In this document: one piece after another, positions 58,901 through 64,000 of the stretch
Layout: every line of letters starts with the position of its first letter
How positions within the stretch are numbered: the first letter of the stretch is position 1
Assembly (NCBI GenBank): GCA_001643675.2
Contig: LSRY02000020.1
Span: forward strand, 1 to 64,000
Source: Monocercomonoides exilis PA203
Lineage: Eukaryota; Protista; Preaxostyla
Length of the DNA: 64,000 nucleotides
Reading direction: 5' to 3'
Made by a program: the position numbers and the translations under genes
The notes under the pieces: generated by a model
Databases searched by the model: none
The model's input: only the letters and a program-made list of their open reading frames with translations
Told to the model about the DNA's origin: nothing

Positions 58901-60884
58901 TTCTACTCCTTCACCAGCACATTCATCAACGTCTTCTACTACTGCTGCTGCTGCTGCTACTGCTACTTCTTCTTCTTCTTCTTTCTCTCGTTCTTTTGAT
59001 CCTTCTACAGTCTCCACTTCGTCTCTTATACGTCAGCCAATTGGATCTTCTGATTCACAAACAACATCTTCGTATTCAAATGAAACTGAGAAGACGATTG
59101 CAACTCCTTCAAACAAACAACAGTTTCTCCATCAGACATATTCGACGCCACCCCCTGAACTCTCCCAGAAAACAGTTCCATCCAATTCAACGGGATATCC
59201 AAACAGCTATTCGAGTATTCTTCCCAGCGGTGGGGCAGGCCAACTGCAGCCTGCTTCTACTCCTTCGCCGTATCCTACTTTTAGTGCCTTTTCTGCCAAA
59301 CAATATCCAATTGTTCCATTGACATTAGGAACATCTGAACACACTCAATTGCCACAACAGGGCCAATATCCATCAGAATACCCAGCACATTCGTCGCCAT
59401 CCAGTGAAAGATTCAACTTCAGCTATCAACAAGCAGGACACCCGTCGCTGATGTCACCTGCTGCACAGGCACAAATCGCTGCTAGCTCGGGATCGCCACA
59501 AGAACAAGGCCATACAAGCAGCCATTGTGTCCTGCTGGTATCGAACTTACCTAGCCACACCATTTACTGCGACGAGCTGTTCAATCTCTTCTCGTCGTTT
59601 GGCACAATTGTGCGCATCAAGCTGATTCGAAGACTCGAAGAAGAAGATCCCGAAGCGATGGGAGGCAGCGGTGGAAGTGCAGCTGAAGACGAAGACAGCG
59701 AAAGCGACAAAGACAGAACAGAAAAGACTACCAAGAAGGACGACGAGAATGCCACTGAGCCCAACAAGACTAGCCAAAGCAAGAAAAAATTCGATCCTTT
59801 TCATCGTCGCCACGCACTCATCCAATACGAGACACCCGAACAGGCTGGCCAGGCTATTCAGTTTCTGCGGATGGTCAGAGTGTTTGAGCATGTGCTGCAG
59901 CTCAGCTGGTCGCGGTACAACTTTGTCACTCCGCCGCCGCCATTTGTGAGGACACGGATGAAGAAAGAGAGGAGAATTGAGAGACAGAAGGAGATTGAGC
60001 GGATGAGGGCGAGAGAAGAAGAAGGACTGCTGTCAACCCAGCCACCAGAATTGGAAAAGAGGCGAGAAAAAGTGTTGAACGAGGCACTTCCGTGCACTTC
60101 GCACGAACGCCCAACGACTGTGGATTATTCGGCATCACCTCTAAATCGCTATGTTCTTTTTGGAGAAAAAAACAAAAGATTTCTGACTCAACCAACAAAG
60201 ACGCTGCATGTATCAAACATCCATCCACAGACGAGTGTGATGATGCTGCTGGAGCATCTTTTGGGAGGAGAGATCGAAAAGACAGAGCCAGCTGGGTTCA
60301 AAGAGCTGATGAACTTTGAGTCGTGGAAGAAGAATCGCCTGAGACCGAAAAAATCAGAGCGAGAAAGAGGAATGATGGGGAAAGAGACATTCAGAAAGAG
60401 CATTCAAGTTAAAGGCGAAAAAGGAAGTTTGAATGATGCAAACAGTGGGGAAGAGTGCCAAGAAGACCCAGAAAAGGAATACTTGTACACAAGATGGAAT
60501 GAGAGCTCGAGGATGGACTGTGAAGAACAAGGAGTGAAATATGAGAAAAGAGGAGGACGATGGGGAATACGGAACATCGAGATGATTGGCGAAGATGGAA
60601 GAGGCAAAGAAACATTTTCCAGCTCATTTTTTGATGCCAACGCATCTTCTGGCAGACGCAACAGAAGAGACGATGCCAGCAGCAAAGAAACAGCTGAGCA
60701 AAAAGCGAATGGAGGGCTTATTGTGAAGAAGAAGATGAAGACAGCGCTTGTGGAATTTAACACTGTTCAGACGTCGGTTGAGGTGATGTGCCTGATGCAC
60801 CACACAGAACTGAATGGATATTACATTCGCTTGGCCTTCACACGAAGCAGGATTGAGCATCGCTCAAATGCATCAAAAAGATAA
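55917..60884 (+). CDS. PTB/hnRNP-L-like RNA-binding protein: long Ser/Pro/Gln low-complexity N-terminus plus two C-terminal RRMs
   Basis: VLLVSNL...DELFNLFSSFGTIVRIKL...ALIQY; linker DYSASPLNRY..KN....PTKTLHVSNI; ALVEFNTVQTSVEVMCLMH...IRLAFT. These match RRM3 and RRM4 of the PTB/hnRNP-L family. Probable intron 56030-56113. Confidence 0.85.
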   Translation: MELKLKAKNEISYEPEQQKKSSISMKKISSVVDSVPLMFVLIIIINGFLMFILMNLLYECIYIFFSDSNNTDAKKSSTEIDVMIAGQSVKLVQASPSGYDLHSEVFVDPNAIFSVKNTFGESDQISNKQQSNSQPTFQLPFNSLDVTSPERTPVFVLGQQPTTPLSSMQLGPSVDTPSVLQSPNLPSFLSPLLLTSLSPISLSPASALSPGVPQKPAIVTQTQALLTQLPHFLKAPSLSLPHSQLLMSAASSPNLQEASQDNSLLYQLNIVQFKDKLQQMQTSEGQSQPNEQATTKTVSSTAEQSTRATDSASLEPHNQSVLDESTSSTNSDATESVSERPNSQTASELSKSVAAANSSDEKEEKPHICMQQEANQLPNQIDNAPKNELQTTHYPQNTRNEQCDGLLPAPTTLPANNLNFYSNSGAYQQNFQASFVPAKPNSFGKEQNNMPRSASYATPLPAASSVYLRQYPPLPHTQMPPSFEPSLRPLQKAGQSDCIQPAPVAGPVQVPKSANRPVLLQMPQKGSSSFANTPFTSHPNGSPSPSNASHPQSTANIPLLPHSRAASSNTPLPSGRKGNSAALLTPSQKFFSSSSSSYSSSSSSSSVGVDNSVSASNSVSVPAANLVNVLNESARPSNVPPFLSAVHGQTLKNSSNSLPPNAVNDTSSSKYPSSSPPPPPPFRNHLSSDPSNPPYLFPPHTKPGIPSLPLPLPLPLPLPLPLPLPPPPPPKTRVTLMTPAELNQLGRMQLQSGYPIAATKPSSELPLPPPPPTAATNTQNIQMNPTANKVILPLNYKQAGVHPPFIQNTSAANAFRDTTPVMHPASSSSRTSFPSSSPSPSPSPVVLSAFSAPSFSSQRYPVLHPSPQPSPFTKHLPTASNDSNTLPTQKQTPPQRKSFHSSSRPASFDKRFRSNFSSATNTNTSTQNKVAAPQIKLPLSSSSSDSGFGIASSAAAEAQPYPTSFSSNQNIVQQLNNYSSASSLRGTVPSASAAASTPSPAHSSTSSTTAAAAATATSSSSSFSRSFDPSTVSTSSLIRQPIGSSDSQTTSSYSNETEKTIATPSNKQQFLHQTYSTPPPELSQKTVPSNSTGYPNSYSSILPSGGAGQLQPASTPSPYPTFSAFSAKQYPIVPLTLGTSEHTQLPQQGQYPSEYPAHSSPSSERFNFSYQQAGHPSLMSPAAQAQIAASSGSPQEQGHTSSHCVLLVSNLPSHTIYCDELFNLFSSFGTIVRIKLIRRLEEEDPEAMGGSGGSAAEDEDSESDKDRTEKTTKKDDENATEPNKTSQSKKKFDPFHRRHALIQYETPEQAGQAIQFLRMVRVFEHVLQLSWSRYNFVTPPPPFVRTRMKKERRIERQKEIERMRAREEEGLLSTQPPELEKRREKVLNEALPCTSHERPTTVDYSASPLNRYVLFGEKNKRFLTQPTKTLHVSNIHPQTSVMMLLEHLLGGEIEKTEPAGFKELMNFESWKKNRLRPKKSERERGMMGKETFRKSIQVKGEKGSLNDANSGEECQEDPEKEYLYTRWNESSRMDCEEQGVKYEKRGGRWGIRNIEMIGEDGRGKETFSSSFFDANASSGRRNRRDDASSKETAEQKANGGLIVKKKMKTALVEFNTVQTSVEVMCLMHHTELNGYYIRLAFTRSRIEHRSNASKR
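58038..58091 (+). repeat. (CCTCTT)n hexamer encoding (Pro-Leu)n
   Basis: About 8 perfect units inside the CDS. Confidence 0.9.
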
Positions 60885-62996
60885 AGTTATTGAATGGCCA
60901 TTGAATAACTATGATGGATTGAACAAAAGATGGCGATTTTATAAATTTAGATTTTGCAAATTGATTTAAAGTAATTCACAGATATGGTGAATGTGAGCAT
61001 TTGTAAGGGAAATGAGCATAATATTTTTGTGATTATTTCCGTTCTTTCTAATTCAAAATGCTTAAATAAAACTCTTTTATATATATTTCACTTATGTTTC
61101 TTTTTTCACTACTTTTGGCATTGAATGCGAGTGATGTCAGTTTCGTGTTTTCCGTTTCAGCACTGGTTTGCTTTTTGATCTGTTTCTGAATGATAGCAGT
61201 GAACAAAGGCAACCCTCGTTTTGATATTGATTATTATGTTTATGGATTTTATGGTTATTATGCATTCTGAAAGTGTCAAAGTCTTTTTTATTCAGTTGAT
61301 AAGAATTTTGTATTTTTTACGTTTCTTTTCTTTTCTTGCTCTGCTGTATTCGATAATTTTTGATACTTTTTTGTTTCGCCTCAAAGTTAATAATCTTCTT
61401 TTTTATTTATTTATTTGTTTGTTTGTTTTAAGTTTGAAATCTAATTCACTTTTCTACATTCTTTTTACAACCTCTTTATCAGCAGTGTGTTTATGAATTT
61501 TATTTACTCCTGTATTTCTTATGCTTGATAAAAAAATGTTACTTGTTTGATGAATAATTTCTGTTTATTCTTTTTCTTTAGATTGCGGATGCTGCCTTGT
61601 TAAGCTTTTGTTATCCTCTTCCAACAGATGCTCTTTTTTCATATTAATTTAGATGAACTCAGATTTATTCATACCTTCAGTCGAGATCCGTCTTTTTTAT
61701 TCATAACATGTTCTTTCTTGGCTCGTCCACTATCGTTTGTTTTGCTTTCCATTCCTTTTATTCTTTTATCATTATTATTTTTTAATTTAAGTTCTAACTA
61801 TTATTCTTATTAGGATTTTGGTTTTCAAAATATTTTAAATAAATATTCAGTTTTTTTTTTCGTTTTTTGAATGAGTTTTGAAAGATTATTGTTTATTTAC
61901 TCGACGTTTGGTGTGTTCGTACAGTATTTTATTTATTTAATATTAGTTTTGTGTGGCATGGCAACTTTTCTATTCTAATAATTATTCTTTGTCATTCATT
62001 TTGGTGACTTCTGCAACGGTCATACATTACAAAAGTAGAACCTTGTAGATAAAAGGGAAATTTTAAAGCCAAAATTGTTTCTCTCTCTCTCTCTCTTTCT
62101 TTCTCTCTTCCTATTCTTTCTTTAAATAATAATTGTTGCGACTGCATTAATTACTTTTGATGTTATTTTTTTTCTCTTACATTATCTTTTTTAAAGAACA
62201 TTTCGAGTTAAAATTATTTGTTTTTAAATATTTAGTTTTTGATTTATTGTTGCAGCTCTGTTTTCAATTTGTAATCTGTCAAGTTTTGTTCATGCAAAGG
62301 TTTTTTTGACATGAGATCTTCTTCTTTTTTTGATTTTTGTTTCAAAATGATTATGTTGTTATGTTCCAAACGGTGAAATATTTATCTGCTCAAGAAAAAA
62401 ACAAAACATATCAGCATATATTCCTCTTCAAACATTATTTTTCGGGTTTTTGCACAATATTTCAATAGACAATTATTAAATGTATTCATTAAATGTTTAT
62501 TGAAATATGAAAATAAAACATGATTATCTTTTACAAATTGATGGGAAATGTTTCAGATTATTCAGAGGTTTTCAAAAAAAAAGAATTAGATTCGTTTTCA
62601 ATTTAATAAATTGCTACTAGATCATCATTTTTGCAAAACAATATAACAAAGTGAAATTTTACATATGATATAAAAAATGTGTATAAAATAAGATTCGAAA
62701 TAAGACACCAGTATTTTTATATTTTTATATTAAAAAAAAAATTATATAAAATATGTAACTTTATACAATGCACAATCAAGAGAAATGCAATGTAAACAAT
62801 TTCGGTTATGAATCAACTTGACTAACACAAAAGAACAGAAAGATTTCGGTTCTTTCAGCAAGTTGAGCAACTCCTTTTCTAACATTCTGATTGTAATAAG
62901 CAATCGCAGCGAAGTTCAATGAAGTGTTATTATTTAACCAAAAGATAATAAATCCAAAAAAATACACATAAACTAAAACTTGTGATCACATATTGA

Positions 62997-64000
62997 TTAA
63001 ATAGGATAAGACAATGCAGAAGTTGAAGATGAAGGAATGTCGGTGGATGATTCTTGTGTGAGCTGATCTGCAGAAATTGTTGCATTTGAAGAAGACACAG
63101 CTTCCTTTCCCATCAAATTTTGGGATTTTTCATTTGCATCTTCTGAAGCAACTTCAGAACTTAAACCTATTGCTTTATTATCACCGCCTTCTTCATCTTC
63201 TTGCTGTTCATCTGCTTTATCATCATCCTCCTCTTCCTCTTCCTCTTCCTCTTTTTCATTCTCACTTTCAGATGTGCCTTCGCTCGAATCTTCTTCACCT
63301 TCTGTGTTTTCGTCTCGCTTTTTCCTGAGTCGTTCTTCTAAAAGTTTTAATTTCTTTTCCATTTCTCTTTGCTTCGCTCTTTCTATCAACTTCTCCCTCA
63401 ATTGTTTCTTCAGTCGTTCTGTCTCTAACAGATCTTCTTCATCTTCCTCTTCTTCCTCTTCTTCCTCCTCCTCCTCCTCCTCTTCCTCCCATTCTTCTTC
63501 TTCCCACTCTTCCTCTTCTTCTTCCTCCTCCTCTTCGTCATCTTCTTCTGACTCAGACTCAGACTCCGACTCAGATTCAGATTCTGATTCTGATTCTTTC
63601 CTGTCTTCCTCATGGCCAACGTGTGCATCAACCCTTTCTGATGCCTCCTCTGCCACACTCTGATCAGATGCATACACTTTGTCTTCAACACTCTCAATCG
63701 TCGCCTCCACAGCCTTCGGCCACACTTCCACAGACTCGTCTTCATACACCTCAACAGAACCCCACTGAAGCCTTTTCATTTCTCTTCGGACAACTTCGAT
63801 CGGCAGCTGCAATTTGTCCTCGCTTTTCCCTTTGCCAAGTGAAGAATACGTTGAAAACTGAGCAATCGAAGAAGCTCTTGAATGGGAGCGGACAGACTCC
63901 TCTTTCGTGTCCTTCTTCGTTTCAGAACGATGTTTGTGTGACTTTTTGCTTCTTTTGCTGTGTTTGCGATCGGATTTAGAGCTGCCTGACTCGCTGTCTT
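62997..64000 (-). CDS. 3' part of a highly acidic low-complexity protein; gene continues beyond the window
   Basis: The frame stays open from the window edge (...SKSDRKHSKRSKKSHKHRSE...) through ES repeats and poly-Glu tracts to TAA at 62997. Confidence 0.7.
   Translation of the reverse strand, partial: DSESGSSKSDRKHSKRSKKSHKHRSETKKDTKEESVRSHSRASSIAQFSTYSSLGKGKSEDKLQLPIEVVRREMKRLQWGSVEVYEDESVEVWPKAVEATIESVEDKVYASDQSVAEEASERVDAHVGHEEDRKESESESESESESESESEEDDEEEEEEEEEEWEEEEWEEEEEEEEEEEEEEEDEEDLLETERLKKQLREKLIERAKQREMEKKLKLLEERLRKKRDENTEGEEDSSEGTSESENEKEEEEEEEEDDDKADEQQEDEEGGDNKAIGLSSEVASEDANEKSQNLMGKEAVSSSNATISADQLTQESSTDIPSSSTSALSYPI

Noticed and set aside
1-64000. tRNA, rRNA, transposase or reverse-transcriptase genes
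   Set aside because: No recognisable motifs seen by eye; small ncRNAs cannot be excluded without covariance-model searches.

Overview
Left end of a eukaryotic chromosome. It opens with about 2.8 kb of (CCCTAA)n telomere. AT-rich spacers, short GT-AG introns with GTTTGH-type donors, Ser/Glu-rich inserts and the gene families suggest an oxymonad such as Monocercomonoides exilis; this is inferred from family recognition, not from a search. From about 2.8 to 32.4 kb lies a subtelomeric mosaic of decayed gene fragments around one intact, intronless 2304-aa receptor-like pseudokinase. From about 32.6 kb there are intron-containing housekeeping-type genes: an ABCC/MRP transporter with 2 frameshifts, an RBM39-like splicing factor, a double-FtsX permease, a Pho80/cyclin-P-like protein, DIS3/RRP44 head-to-head with a PTB/hnRNP-L-like protein, and the 3' end of an acidic protein. 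Four things stand out. (1) A GC-rich axonemal-dynein-light-domain gene relic (27.4-29.6 kb) has 12 in-frame TAGs that read well as Gln, pointing to either a TAR=Gln donor code or biased decay. (2) A 271-bp perfect inverted repeat sits inside an older degenerate one (40.5-41.2 kb). (3) A nested palindrome with four copies of a 27-bp motif lies 1.5 kb from the telomere. (4) DIS3 appears to have a catalytically dead PIN domain. All exon calls and codon counts were made by hand.
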